A stretch of 64,000 bases of DNA from Harriotta raleighana (Eukaryota). This document shows positions 23,536-36,529 of this stretch, piece by piece (position 1 is the stretch's first letter; the number at the start of each line of letters is the position of its first letter). The DNA is taken from positions 1,410,366-1,474,365 of the forward strand of contig JBNZDD010013610.1 of the NCBI GenBank assembly GCA_050575255.1. Direction: 5' to 3'. Under the pieces are notes generated by a model. It made no database searches. It saw nothing but the letters and a program-made list of their open reading frames with translations, and was not told the origin of the DNA. A program made the translations under genes and the position numbers.

Positions 23536-23833
23536 GATGACACGTTAAACTGAGGTCCCATCTTTGCTTGTTCAGCTGGACATTAAAGATCCAGTGGTAC
23601 TATTTGAAAAGTGAAGGGAGTTTCTCCTAGTGTCCTGGCCAACAATATCTCAGATATTATCAGTCATTTACGACATGACTGTTTTTAGGATATTGCTGGG
23701 CACAAAATTAGTTTCCGAGTTCACCCACAAAATACAATATCTATACTTTACAGTGTATCCTGTGAAGCACTTTGAGACATCCTCCCAATGCCAAAGGCTC
23801 TATATCAAATGCAAGGATCATTATTGATGATTA
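23536..23833 (+). mobile_element. Deu-domain SINE (family 1), core plus tail
   Basis: GATGACACGTTAAACTGAGGTCCC..GGACATTAAAGATCC..GGGAGTTTCTCCTAGTGTCCTGGCCAAC..GAAGCACTTTGAGACATC..TATATCAAATGCAAGGATCATTATT. Confidence 0.92.
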
Positions 23834-24307
23834 CTTTCACATGAATAGCGGAGTTTGTTTTAAAAAATATATAGTGATGTTTGAGAGAATACAATGAGTT
23901 CAAGCAGGAAATAAAAAAGCTCAAAGGTTTCAAAGGGAAACAAATTAATTTCTCATCAGAATTGAAAAGATTACAGTTAGCTTATCTTTTTCATTGCTAT
24001 TTCGATCTCCTGCTAAATAACTCTGCGTGACGTGAGTGCCTATTCTGCTCACCATACAAATGTTAATTAGAATTAAATTACCAAGCAACAGTTCAATTAA
24101 CTGCATTAATTCAACATAAAGTGAATTATTATGGTAGCAACTTTTCAAATGTGACTGAATTTTCAATACACACCTCTTTTTTAAATAGCCACCAACCTGT
24201 ACCATATGTAGCAATCATTTGCACAATCCACAGCAGCAATAATTTATTAGGGCAACAATACCTGTAGTCTGGCCTCCAATTTTCAATGGGAATTTTCAGT
24301 GCTCACT

Positions 24308-24635
24308 TAATAATCCTCACATTGTTGAGATTTCGCTATGCGCTTCATAAGTTTTACTACAGAGTGTAGCGACTGAGTATTTGTAGGTGAACAGGGCTGC
24401 CAGTTTGCATACAGTAATGTCTCACAAACAGCCATGAAGTAAGTGAATGAGCAATTTTATCTGAGGGATGTTGGCCAGGTCACTGGGAAAAACTCCCTTC
24501 GGTACCATAGGATCTTTAACATCTATCTGAACAGGCACTGCATTGGAGTGTCAGTCTAGACTGAGCTCCAAGTCCTGAAGTATGGTTTTAACCCACAACC
24601 TATTATCTCAGAGGTGAGAATGCCACCAACTGTGC
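24308..24635 (-). mobile_element. Deu-domain SINE (family 1), near full length
   Basis: Tail TAATAATCCT, core TTGGCCAGG..AAACTCCCTTC..GGATCTTTAACATC, and a tRNA-like head (reverse complement CAGTTGGTGGCATTCTCACCTCTGAG..GGTTGTGGGTT). Confidence 0.85.
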
Positions 24636-24775
24636 TGTGCGCAAATTCCCTGCTGCCTTTGCCTCCGAATACACAGTCACTACACATTGTGGTAAAATCC
24701 TGCGATGCATTTTGAAATATTTCGACGACATGATAAGTCATGATATCAAACGCAAAAATTGTTTATCATATTATA
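24633..24775 (+). mobile_element. SINE 3' half
   Basis: GCTGTGCGCAAATT..AATACACAGTCACTACAC..TTCGACGACATGATAAG..ATATCAAACGCAA. Confidence 0.75.
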
Positions 24776-25484
24776 AAAAAATGCTGCACAGTGGATATTC
24801 GAAAGAGGCTTGAGTTTGGCTGAAACCACCAAAGCTTCACTCCTTTGCCACCCCAAGTTTATGATGTTCCTCCAATTGCTGGATTGAATTCTCTGCTTGT
24901 AACTCTCAAGAAACCATTTATTAACCGGTGTGTATTTAAAAATAACTCTATCATTCAAAATCCAATTTATTGATATTGACCGCTATTTACAACCTCTTTT
25001 GAAAAACCCAGCGGCCTGTAAATGCAAACACTTGCGGACGCCTTCATTTATTTACAGGGCTGCTAATGTCAGTAAACTGTCACAGAATATTTCAGGGGCT
25101 GTGTTCCATCCAGTAAGAATTCTATAAAACAGATTAAATCATTTACCTACCAACCAAAACCAATAGATATATTGTATCGCAGTTTTAAAAAAACAGACTG
25201 AAATGACAATGGCTGTTTTTTTGCAGAACCAATCTGCAATAAATTCATTATTCATTACAATTCTGCCAGGAATGCGTCAAACCTTTAAACTTTAAATGCA
25301 TTTTGTCAGATTTTTTTCCCCCCAAAACCCCCCAGAAAAACCCGTTTCCCTTACAAGAAAGCGAGGAACATGAGAGCGCGGGGGCAAAGAATTTGGGGCG
25401 ATTTCAGAATGTGTGTCATGTGAGGAGGGGAAAAGGAATGCATTAAAATAGGTGTATTATTGGAAAAAAAATAATAATGAAATC

Positions 25485-25650
25485 CCTGAAAAATTCTAAT
25501 CTGCTAATGGCTCGAGCTGCTAATCTGTAAATGTATGCAGCCGTTGATGCTATTCCACAAAAAAGGTGACCTTGGGGATTAAAATGGCTCCAGGACAGTA
25601 GTTCACTGCTGCTCTTATTGCATTGAAATGAAAGGAATGATATTGCTGGA
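25485..25650. promoter_or_regulatory. candidate enhancer / conserved non-coding element
   Basis: TAATCT twice (25497, 25521), GGATTA (25576) and TGACCTTGG (25567). Conservation not tested. Confidence 0.35.
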
Positions 25651-26023
25651 TAGAGAGAGTCCATCCCTGCTTTAGATAAACTGGAAGGCTAAAGAGCAGC
25701 TTGCTTGATAATAAACCAATTCAAATGCGGAATTAACTATATATGCACACAAATGTATATGTATATGTATATGTATAGGAAATGTGTGAAATATACACAC
25801 CAAGCAAGTCCTGTAGCAGTAAATAAGGGATGTCTTGCTCTGGGCATTTTATTATCCAGCTGCTGCAGCGCTCATTAATTTTAAATAAAAAGGACTAAAT
25901 AAATAAATGAACCTGCACCATAAAAGATGACCCTCAGAACAGCCGGATGGCATTGCTGTGCTGTTTATAACGTGCATCGAATCCAGCACGGGCTGGCGTT
26001 CTACTCCATTGTGGAGGCTTGAT

Positions 26024-26140
26024 CACACACACGCGCACACACACACACCCACACACATTACAGCGCATCAAAAACCACATTGCTAAGGATCCTCCTGCCA
26101 CCACCACCCCACCCCCTCCCACTCCCCCCACCACCCCCTT
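26024..26140. repeat. (CA)n tract plus C-rich (CCA/CCCC) tract
   Basis: Direct inspection. Confidence 0.8.
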
Positions 26141-26767
26141 CACCTACGGGAGCTGTGTTTGAATCCACCTCAGACACGCGAGGAAGGCCTGCTCTGTCCC
26201 TATGATGGTTTTTCAAGGGGGCACAAGTTAAATGAGTTTTGTCAGCCTTAATCAAGCTCCCAGTGGACATGACTGCACAGCACATTGCTGCTCTGAATTT
26301 TGACATTAATTGGTATTAATTCAGCAGACATGCTCTGAGAGGCCAAGAAACAGAAATAATGCAAAATTGCAGATCATTGTCAAGACGACGGATAGGGAGT
26401 CCAATGCTGCAATCTGCATGTGTCATACCTGACATGAGAGCGCTTGATGCTTCACTAGGCACAGGCTAGAATATACTGTGGGTCCCTCGTTCCATTGTTG
26501 GTTCCTTCACTCTTTTAGCCTGAGACAAAGGAAACTGTTCTTAGCTGCAGGAAAATATCTGAAAAATATTGTAAATATGAATCCAAGTTATGCCAGGTAA
26601 TCAGTGAGGTAATCAAACGATTAGTGCACATCAGTTCGCAAAATGACATTAATTAGCTTTCAATGAATCGGATTGAATTGGCAGTGGGAGATCTGGGAAG
26701 AGATCTTGGACTGATGCTCCTCTCACCACTTTCAATGTCAGGACAATATAAGAAAGCTTTTAAAAGG

Positions 26768-27049
26768 TGACCACTTGGTGCGGTGGACGGCAAGCTCGCC
26801 TCTGTGCCAGCGGTTTCAGATTCTTTGCGAGTTCAAGCCTCAAACAGGACTTGAACTCATTTTGCCACTCTAGTATAAGACTGGGAATTATCAGTGGTGC
26901 CGTCCCTCAGATGAGATGTTAAACTGAGGTCTAATTTGCTGTTTTGGTGAACGTTAATGGCGGCGTTATCAATAAACAGAAGGGAGTTTCTCCTGGTGTT
27001 CCTGGCCAGCAATCCTCAAGGTAATTTAGTCATTCACTTTATGACTGTT
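26768..27049 (+). mobile_element. Deu-domain SINE (family 1), head plus core
   Basis: CTCGCCTCTG..GAGTTCAAGCC (B-box-like)..GGTGCCGTCCCTCAGATGAGATGTTAAACTGAGGTC..GGGAGTTTCTCCTGGTGTTCCTGGCCA. Confidence 0.88.
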
Positions 27050-28223
27050 AGACCATTTCAAACACCACAGAGAGTGGCACGGCGATATGGAAACCGTCTG
27101 CAAATAATTTGGCTGGGCACCAGGCAATCTGATCGCCTCTTTGCATGGTTATTCGCTCATCTCCTGTGAACATGCCATTTGCATATTGGAAATAAATTGA
27201 ATTTTAACACTGTACCATTCGCAATTCATCCCAGTCCAGTTGGAGCTCATGGTGACAAAGCTGGGCCTGCTAAAATCTCACTTGCATCAGCACCGTATTC
27301 TGATTTTGTTGTACACTATCCACAAACGTGCAAGGTTTTCACCTCCGTCAACACATTTAAATCGTGTCGACTACAACCGGTACAGCCTGACGTTTGTGGC
27401 CAAAAGGACAATGAATTCAGGCAGCAATATAATACACACAATCTTCCCGCTGATTTTTAAAAAAATGTTTTTAATTTGTAAAAAGAATTTGCATCCAACC
27501 CGACTCCTACACTGGAAAGAAAAGGAATCCGAGTCTTTTTCTTTGCTATAAAAGGAGGCTTATTAAAGTGGAAATAGCTAGCCTCTCACACAGACACAAT
27601 CTGGCTGCAGTGTATCTCCGCACATTTTATGCGTCTCTACCAAAGCGCGAATTTGCATCACAATGAGCGTAGAATCAGCCTCACTTTCTCAGACCTTACC
27701 CCCTGAAATCCAGGCAGCAGCATCCCCCCACTGAACATTCTGTAGCGTGTCCGATCTGTTTTGACGCTTTTCCCCAGGCTTACAGAGATTTTCACCCCTT
27801 CCCCCCACCCTAAGAACCAACACCATTGCCTTGCAAACAACATGTCGATATCACATGGTACTTCAATTAGTAACCCAGGTGCCCAACCAGCTCATTGTGC
27901 ATTTCCATAGTTTTGTGTGTTAATTTGCCAGCAGTCAGCTTTGCTTTTCATTTGTGTTCTGCTCTCAGTGTGCTATAGACACCTGCCCCCACCCTGGCCT
28001 GCCACTGGCCTCCTTATTGTATCCGTTCATTTAAAATCTTATGTAAAAAACTACACCGTCAAAACACACTGAAAGTAAGAAGAGCACACATTTTGATAGC
28101 GCCATTCCTAATTCTCCCCAAATTGTTAGGATATTTATAATTCAGTACAACACTCCTGAACAATCAGACGTGACCTTTAGTTCTGCAGGAAGATGTCAAA
28201 TCCATGATAGATCTTCATGTAAG

Positions 28224-28270
28224 CCTACACTTCCAATCAGTTCCTGATCTGAACCTACACTTCCAATCAG
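28224..28270 (+). repeat. 17-bp direct repeat with a 30-bp period
   Basis: CCTACACTTCCAATCAG at 28224-28240 and 28254-28270. Confidence 0.9.
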
Positions 28271-30444
28271 CTATGCGTTACATGTTCCATTGGCAACCAT
28301 CAATGGGATAAACCCACCTGTGTGGAGGGGGTTTGAACCAGCGTGATCTAACTTTGTGGATTGGGGGATTATTGTCCTCCCTGTAAAATTGCCATATGGC
28401 TTAGAGATTCAGCTAGAAGTCGCCAGCCTATCACAAAGTAGCAAATAATGATTAATGAAAAAGCATGCCTAGAAGTTCCTGTTGAGGTACGTAATTCATA
28501 GCAATTAATCTGGGAAATCCCCGGGTTCCCGAACATGGAGACATTTACCCATAATCTGAGAAAACGTTATGCTGAGATTTGTTTCTCTAGCCCTGCAAGT
28601 ATGGTTGATGGATCCGCAATGACTACAGGAATGTGTGGCAACTGTTATTTTGCAGGGATTCTAGCAGCCATCGTGTGTTGTCTGAGGAGCACAAGGATGA
28701 AAGGAAGGTAATAGGCTTCGAGTGCAGTGTTCTCTGCATGGGATTGTGCCCAAATTCACCTAAACCAAGACATTTTGGTGTTTATGGTAATTGAAAGCTA
28801 ACTTTTGTTGAATGGAAACAAGTGTGAATCAAGCTGTTGCATGGTACTGCATTTACAAGAGTTCTCAAAATCAGAAAAAAATACACTGAAAATAAGGAAA
28901 TTGGCTCCCAACTTTAATTTAATTCCATACATTGACAAGGCCATACATTAGCAATCTTATTGAATAAAAAAAATTGAGCAGAAAACGCCAATGGGTAAAC
29001 GATTGAGGTTAATCCTGCACATAGCACCACAGATGTTTTTGACTGCTGAGCAACTGAGGTGGAGCCTCTTATTACCAATTGTATCTCGCAGAATATATTA
29101 TATACTCAACAAAGTGATCAATACGCCCAGAGGAGACCCTGCAGGTGACATTCTTACATTCTATTTACATGATATAAAATCTACGGCAGGAGAATTGGCA
29201 TCCCGATGGGCCTAGACCTTTGACCTGCCCTAAGCAATCCCTATTAGGCCACTGGTCACTGTGGACATGTCAGCAGAATAAGTGACTCAAGTCACGGCAA
29301 TGTGACTGGTTTAACAGTGGCTTCAGAGGGGCTGAAAGAGAGTCCAAAAATATGCCACAATGCAAATCAATCCTGTCAGCGATTAAATACAGTAAAACTC
29401 ATATGCAATGAACTTAGATCCAATAAACCGCTGCTTACACTGAGATACGTCACCCCTTCTTCAATGTACTGACCTGAATGGAAAGGCACTGCTTTTAGAG
29501 TGAAATTACTGTTCACTTGTTACAAGGGAAGTCTAAGTGCCAACATTTCACAGCTTAGCCTTCGCAGAGCGGTGGAATACGTCTCAAAAGATCAATCAAA
29601 TCTGTGCCTCGAGTCATAAACTGTTTATTATATGCCTCTGCACTGACTGATTTCGTTAATCACACAATTAAGAGAGCTGGTTCCCAATCAAGCTGCAGAA
29701 GGCAGTCTTGGCTTCGGAAATCATTCTGAAAATGTCTCGCAATAAGTCTTGGTTAAGGTTCGTCTCCCAAAATGTCAGAGAGCTCAACTTTGCTTTGCTC
29801 TTTCAGCTCCTTTCCATTCTAGCCAAAAGATCACAGGTTTGTACTGTGGTAGACCCGACTGTTAGATTGGCGTCTCACTAAGCATAAAATAGTGGCTTAT
29901 CCATCTTTTATCTGTATAGTCAGCAGATAAGGAGACTTTTAGTAAGCGATAGCAACACAGCATAATAGTACAATCTTGCAATGCTTTCCTAGGTCAATTT
30001 TCTTTCAATAATATTTGTGTTAGCAGCAGAAGGAAATACAAATGAAAATATCTGGGAATTAAGGGCAATCTGTTTTTTCACAAATTCTGTACAACAACAT
30101 TGAAGAAGATTATTCCTGTCAGGGCACATCAGGATATGTTGGTGTTTCCTCTGGGAGTGTGTTTGATTTTTGTATTACATATTAAAGCTGCCATGGACAT
30201 GACATCTCAGGTGAAACACTGGTTTAATTTAATGCTTAACTTTGACATTAAAGAATGTACGAGTTTTATTAGCTGTGAGGACATGCAGCTTCTGTGTGTA
30301 ACTAAGCAGATAAAACACAAGCAAGGAGGCAACCTTGTAAAGGTCAAAATATTTTCCCTATCTCATTGCCGTATTAACACTGAAACAAAATTAACGTGCA
30401 ACTGAGCTCTTTGATCTTTTTAGTAGGTTTTAAATTTTCAAATG

Positions 30445-30597
30445 CTTCCTGTTCACCTACAAAACACGGTGACTACAATTTCCAGTTTATCCTGTGAAGC
30501 GCTTTGAGATGTGTCCCCCACTCACTCCTGCCCCCCCCCACCCCCCCACCCCCTCCATGTGAAAGGCACTTTATCAAATGCAAGGATTATCATTACA
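30445..30597 (+). mobile_element. SINE tail with a C-rich expansion in the stem-loop
   Basis: GTGAAGCGCTTTGAGATGT[C-rich ~40 nt]ATGTGAAAGGCACTTTATCAAATGCAAGGATTATCATTA. Confidence 0.85.
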
Positions 30598-32838
30598 GTA
30601 AAACGCGCATGAGTCTTATCTTTATAAATCGCATCATTACATATGTCATATCCATTTTGAGCATTTTGTGTATCTCTGGGGTAGTGGTGGAGTGCAGTCT
30701 AGCTATATGGGCAAAATTAAGCCTTATTTATGATGCACAAGACTTTAAAGACATGTGTGAAGACCTGGAGATGGATGGGCTTAATCATTAGCTATTTACA
30801 GCCAAGGTACCGGGTCGTATGACTAGTAGTTATTCGAAGATATAGACAGCTTAAAATGTACATCAAATGACAATCACCTAGTCGGAGTGCAGAAGCTCTG
30901 TCACATGCACTGGCACTGTTGTAGTATTGCAATAGCTGTTTTACCAATCAAAATCCTTATGTAGTCTTTGAAACATACCAATGGAAAACTTTTTAATTCC
31001 TAAAATATAACATACCTCCCAAAAATAGGCAAAATTTTGTTTGACCAATCTTGTTTTGATTGAATGCTGTGATCTTCAATAGCCAATACTGCTTACGAAA
31101 GGAACCAGAATACTGGTACTGTACTTTGTTACGGTGAGCATTATAAATGTAACGTTTGAAATAATGCATAGGACCATCAGATATAACACAGAGACAGGTA
31201 GGCATGGAAACAGGCCATTCATCCCTATCAGTTTATGTCGGTGTGTGTATTCCACACACCCTCCTCTTCCTCTCTCCTCCTCTACTCTCTTCGCACTCAA
31301 TACTTAAGTATATTGGTGCTATCTGCTTCGACCACCTTAATGCAGTGACTCCATGCATTAGTGGAGACATGTCGCTGCAGGTCGGAGGGTTTGCAGGCAG
31401 TGTTCGGAGTGGAAGCATTACTGAGTATCTTAAATATTTCAAGGTATAAGTATCAATTTAGCACCAAGATCCTGCGAGATGTGATGTCCTCCGAAGAACA
31501 GTGGGATGGTGAGTTTGCGCTTGGTGAATCCCCTGTGAATTAGTTACTTGGAAGCAATAAAAAAAACTGCTTGAATTGATTATGAACTTTAAATGATGTT
31601 TTGATTGGATAGTGGCTGTGCTCTGTTCACTATAATTCAAGTTTTGCGTTTCAGTTGGCTGAAACTGGATCATACTTTAAAAGCTGATCTTGACAGCATT
31701 TAAAGGCTTTATTTAATTTTTCTAATCAATCATAGTTTGCAGACTTGAGAGCCATCGCCATTTACAGTCTCTTGGGAGAAGCTACACAGAGGACATGACA
31801 TCCTTTGGTGTCTCTGCTTACCTGAATGATACTGCTCTCGCGTTACCAAAATTGTGGCCAAAGTAATGAACGAGTTAAAGTGTGAGAATAACAAATCAGA
31901 CTTTTATTACTGCTTTATATATTGTACCAGTGCTCCAGTGGGTGCAATATAAAATGTGCCCATGCAGCTGTGGGGCTCATTATAAGCTCATTTTACATCA
32001 CTCAGATAGAGTGCAAGCAGTAGCATCGGTGGGAAGTGGTCGCCAAGCAATGCAGAGATGTGTTAAAACATCTTAAAGTACCATTTCCCCCATCATAACC
32101 GACTTGGACTTTGGGTCAGCTCATTGAGATTGGGTCCGGAATTGGATGGTAATGTGTAAATAAGGATGGGTTACCGAAGCTAATAGAACTGGTCAAAAAC
32201 GCCTCCTGCTCTCTTGCAGATTTTCACAGTCCTACGGTTGGCAATATTTTGTGGTGAATCTAACATTAAAACTCCCCGAGACATTAACATGAAATCTTCC
32301 TGCTTATCTGCCTCCAAATGGAATGAGTTAGCAATTCGAAATGAGGAGATATAATTGGACGACCTGAAACCATAGCGAATAGTATGAATAAACTATTCAA
32401 TGAAACATCCATACAAGGGTTTAGTGTTTACTGAAATGCATCACCCTTGTGGTAATTGTAACTCTTTCAATACAGCAGTCTGATGCTGCACTAAAATTGC
32501 ACAGGTGGCTGTCTCCAGATCTGTTTTACATGCAACAAAAGTTTTCAACACGCTCTAAGCTGTGCATCTTTGTTCTCCGGGTATTGGGATCTGCCTTAAC
32601 TGGCAAACACACTTCATCAGTTCTTAGTCTTCATTCGCATCATCGCTTAACTTGATCCTTAAGAATTCAGCCTGAAGAACACTTCTCACAGTTGTTGATG
32701 ATTAAAGCATTAGTTATATTACGTTATCATCCTTTCATATAAATTTTTCCATTATGTTTTCACCTCCAGCAAATGCAAAGGGTAAATCTAGGTTGCTGTG
32801 TTGTTAATTCATTCCACAGGGTGGGTGGTATTATTATT

Positions 32839-33128
32839 AATAATAATTATCATTATCCTTGGATTTGATAGAGCGCATATGAAGTCAAAATTTCTCAAAG
32901 CACTTCACATGTAATGTACTTCATATGTAGTGACTGTGTATTTGTAGATGAACTCAGCAGCCAATTTATGCAGAGCAAGGTGCCGAAAATAGCCATGAAG
33001 CAAATGACAATTTTACATGGAGGAACTGTTGTCCAGGATACCCAAAGCAACTGCTGGTGGAAATTCTTTCCGAATCGTGTCACAGGATATTTAACATCCA
33101 CCTGAATAGGCGGGGCCCTTGGTTTAAC
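32839..33128 (-). mobile_element. Deu-domain SINE (family 1), core plus tail
   Basis: ATCCTTGGATTTGATAGAGCGC..CTCAAAGCACTTCAC..GCAGCCAATTT..TTTAACATCCACCTGAA..GGTTTAAC. Confidence 0.85.
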
Positions 33129-33981
33129 TTTTAATATCTTGTGCTAAACCAAGAATCAAATTTAAGTTCTGATTGGAAACGCTGGCACAAAATTAGATTT
33201 GCAACCAGCAGAATCCTGAAAAATTGTTCCTTCCCAATTGTTTGACTGTGGAAAACTGGATTCTGGGCCTGCGCCCAACTATTTTCCCCTATTGACAGTT
33301 CATAAAACAAATGGTGAATTTCACACTGGGAAGGCAAGAAGATAAAAGATTTTACCAGCACGATTCACTGGGCAGAAAACAAAATTGATCATTTGTACAT
33401 GTTTATTAGCATATGACCGTGCATAGTTGTGTGCATGTGACAACATTAGTAAAACCAAGAGTTGTGTGTTTCAGTACAAACATGATAGTTTATGACAGAG
33501 TTAGGACTCTGCACCTGAGTTATTGCAGCTGACATAAATATCAAAGGATATTCTGCCTCAATCAGTCATAGTTCCAAATCAGCAGTATTAAAATTAACAA
33601 AATGCCTTCTTTCCAAATCAGACCTTTGAATGTTTTGTCTTAAGTGGTAGAAACATGCTTACAGCAAACCACATTCCATCATCAATTACAATATTTTAAT
33701 CCAGTAAAGTCAGTCATCAATACAGGATGTTAAGAGACAATCTTAGGCCACATCAGAATGTAGTTTCACCAAAGCTTCAAAGGAAATATGTAGAGTAGCT
33801 GCACAGAACAATGATTGTATGTCAGATGTTATTGCCTTATATCTCATTATATCCTGTCAGCTGTAGCTTTCAAAGTTGCCCAATTTAAAGCTTTATTCCG
33901 AGGATATCTTAAAGTGGGATATTAATTAGCATTAGCGAACCAGGGACTATTTGGAGAGCACAATGGCTCTTGGATTTATAG

Positions 33982-34090
33982 AATAATAATCCTTGAATTT
34001 GATATTGTACCTTTCATATCAGGAGGATGCCTCAAAGCAATTCATAGGATCTATTGTAAATTACAGTGACTCTGTATTTTGTGGGAAATG
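33982..34090 (-). mobile_element. SINE tail
   Basis: AATAATAATCCTTGAATTTGATAT..CCTTTCATATCAGGAGGATGCCTCAAAGC. Confidence 0.8.
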
Positions 34091-34384
34091 CTTGATTTGT
34101 GTCACCCTTTGTTAGTCCGATTGCTTCCCGGTGAGTAGGAGAGATCTGACAATACAGAAATAAGTGAATTACACATCATATTTCTGCTCACATTTCAATA
34201 AGACCTCTCAATTTTTGTAACTTGAAAATGAAAGACATTGGTTAAGAAAACACTGCCTTTCCAGCTATTGCCAAGTAGCCCCTTACATAGTTTTACTGTT
34301 TTAAGCAATATGTAAAAATAGGAAGCATTGTTCTGATACTCATCTCCATTGCCATGAAGACCACAGATTGGCTGGATTGTTTAG

Positions 34385-34469
34385 CTTACACTTCAAAGCA
34401 ACTCATTTTTATGAAGCGCTTTAAGTCGTTTCAGCATGATAAAACTCCATATCAAATGCAGGAATTATT
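34385..34469 (+). mobile_element. SINE tail stub
   Basis: TGAAGCGCTTTAAG..CATATCAAATGCAGGAATTATT. Confidence 0.65.
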
Positions 34470-36529
34470 GGAATAGTTTTTCATTCCCTTGATATCCCAC
34501 TGAATTAGAATAGGAGATCCAGATAAAACAGCTGAGCACGAGAGTACAGAGTAATATTTAATAGTAATAAAAACAGAAATGTCAGCGATGCACAACACAG
34601 CAGTCAGTCAGTCAGCCAGCGTCTGAATGAGAAAACTAGGTTATCGTTTTGGGTGTGACCCTTCAGCCACTAATGTTGATTGGCAGCTTCCTCACAAGCT
34701 AAGGCACTATAAGGTCTATTGGTTATTTTCCCCTGTTTCTTTGTAAATTTAAGGCAATACTGCATGTCCAGACAAGTGTTGTGGTGCAGATTTGCATCTG
34801 ACTTTCCAGTCAGCTATTCTCTGTTCAATCTGCCCTCTTGCAGTCAAAGGTCTCCGAGGCACAGTAACTCTAGACCAAGTCATTACGTTCCCTGCAGTTT
34901 GTGCCTAACTGGTCAATTTTCACTCACCACAGATTTATAATTGTTTGTCATCAAAGTGACTAAGGGAGCTTGATTAACAGTATGCAACAGCGCTGGTAAT
35001 AGTCCTAAGTTGGCCCTGCATAATATAGAAACTAGACAGTGCAAAAAAAAATCAATACATTCTAATATGATCAGGAACAATCACTTACAAGAGAACATCA
35101 ATCAGGCGAAATAATAGTGTCTAGATTTGACAGGTTTCAGTTCGGGCCCCAGAATTTCATAACTGATGTCTGTCACTCAGCTGCCTGCTACTTGGATTTT
35201 TATCAATTTTGTTTTGCGTCTGATTAGCTGAACCTGTAATTAGATGCCTCTGGTGCGTTAATAACTGAGTAGGGACTATATGTGCGCTGATAGTCGACAA
35301 GTGATCAGCTTTTCGTTGAGGTGAACAGCAATCTAAAGTGTGGATTTTTAAAAATATACAGTATATTGTTTAAGACAATGCTGCCTGAATGCTAATGAAA
35401 GCAGTGCAGACATTCGAAGGCCTACACTGTGGAACCCCCATCAAAGTTTTTGTAGAATTCTGGTTTGCGTGTGTTTGTGGTGGGAGGGGACGGATGCTTC
35501 CTCCTTCTATCGCAATATGACACCCGGTTGGGTTTTGGTGTCATGGTTAAGAAGGATGCTAAAAATCACATTTAAATACAGGTAGCTTTCAGTCTTTCAG
35601 CTTTGAGGATTTTTGGAAGAAATTATATGTGCCTCAGCAATATTTTCTTCACTGTTCAAAAATAAATGGAGGTAGAGGCATGCCGGGCGGTGGCAGAAAC
35701 AATCAGAGATTAATTTTTGAAAATGTAACCACTTGCCAGTTTCGAAAAAAAACCTCCCCACAATAAGAAAAAATCAACGGGCCGAGAAATATGGTCCAAA
35801 ACATTTCTCATTTGTGTCCTCGCCTAATTCAGATATATAGCAAAGCTCCCTGAAGCTTTGTCATACTTGACTGCAATGTCATGACTGCAACAGGTAATGT
35901 ACTAAGACAAACCATCCATCAGAAACCCATCTTTTTCCCCCCACCCCTTCATGTTCTCCTGTTGTGGCACAACAAAAAATTGAATTAAGCCTCAAAACTA
36001 TTCTCACACTGATATGTTTAGGCCACGACATCATTTCTGAACCTGATGAAAGCCCGGACAAAATCTTTCCTATTCGTTTCGCTGAAAGCAATGGCTAGAG
36101 CTCCTTTTATTGGTATTGCCTTGTTTCCTTTTGCTTCATCTGCTAAGATTATAGCAAAGGTGCTCACTTAATTAGAGCTGATGGACTCGGGGACTATTTT
36201 TTCAAATACGGGAGAACACAATGTGTAATTAATATGGCTTGAAAAAAGCAAAGAGCCAGGCAAATAGTTCAAGGTCAGCATGTGTGCCCATGACCCCAGG
36301 GTCAGTGGGGAGTGGGGAGCTGGAATCTATATAGGTCCCTGTAGACCACCATTACACCCACAGGATTAGACCAGCCATATTTCCTATGATTAAATCACTT
36401 CACTTGTATATTAAAAAATCACCTTTAACGAAGAAAATGCCCGTAACTGTCTCGCGGGGTCATTATTTTTATTTATCAGTTTTACCTTTTGCTTTTTTAA
36501 TTTTAATCAAAACAAAAAGGGGGGGAGAA

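Noticed and set aside
28232-28248. 17-nt minus-strand match to the 3' part of miR-217 (ATCAGGAACTGATTGGA)
   Set aside because: The seed-containing 5' bases do not match and there is no precursor hairpin. The match lies in a local direct repeat and is most likely chance.
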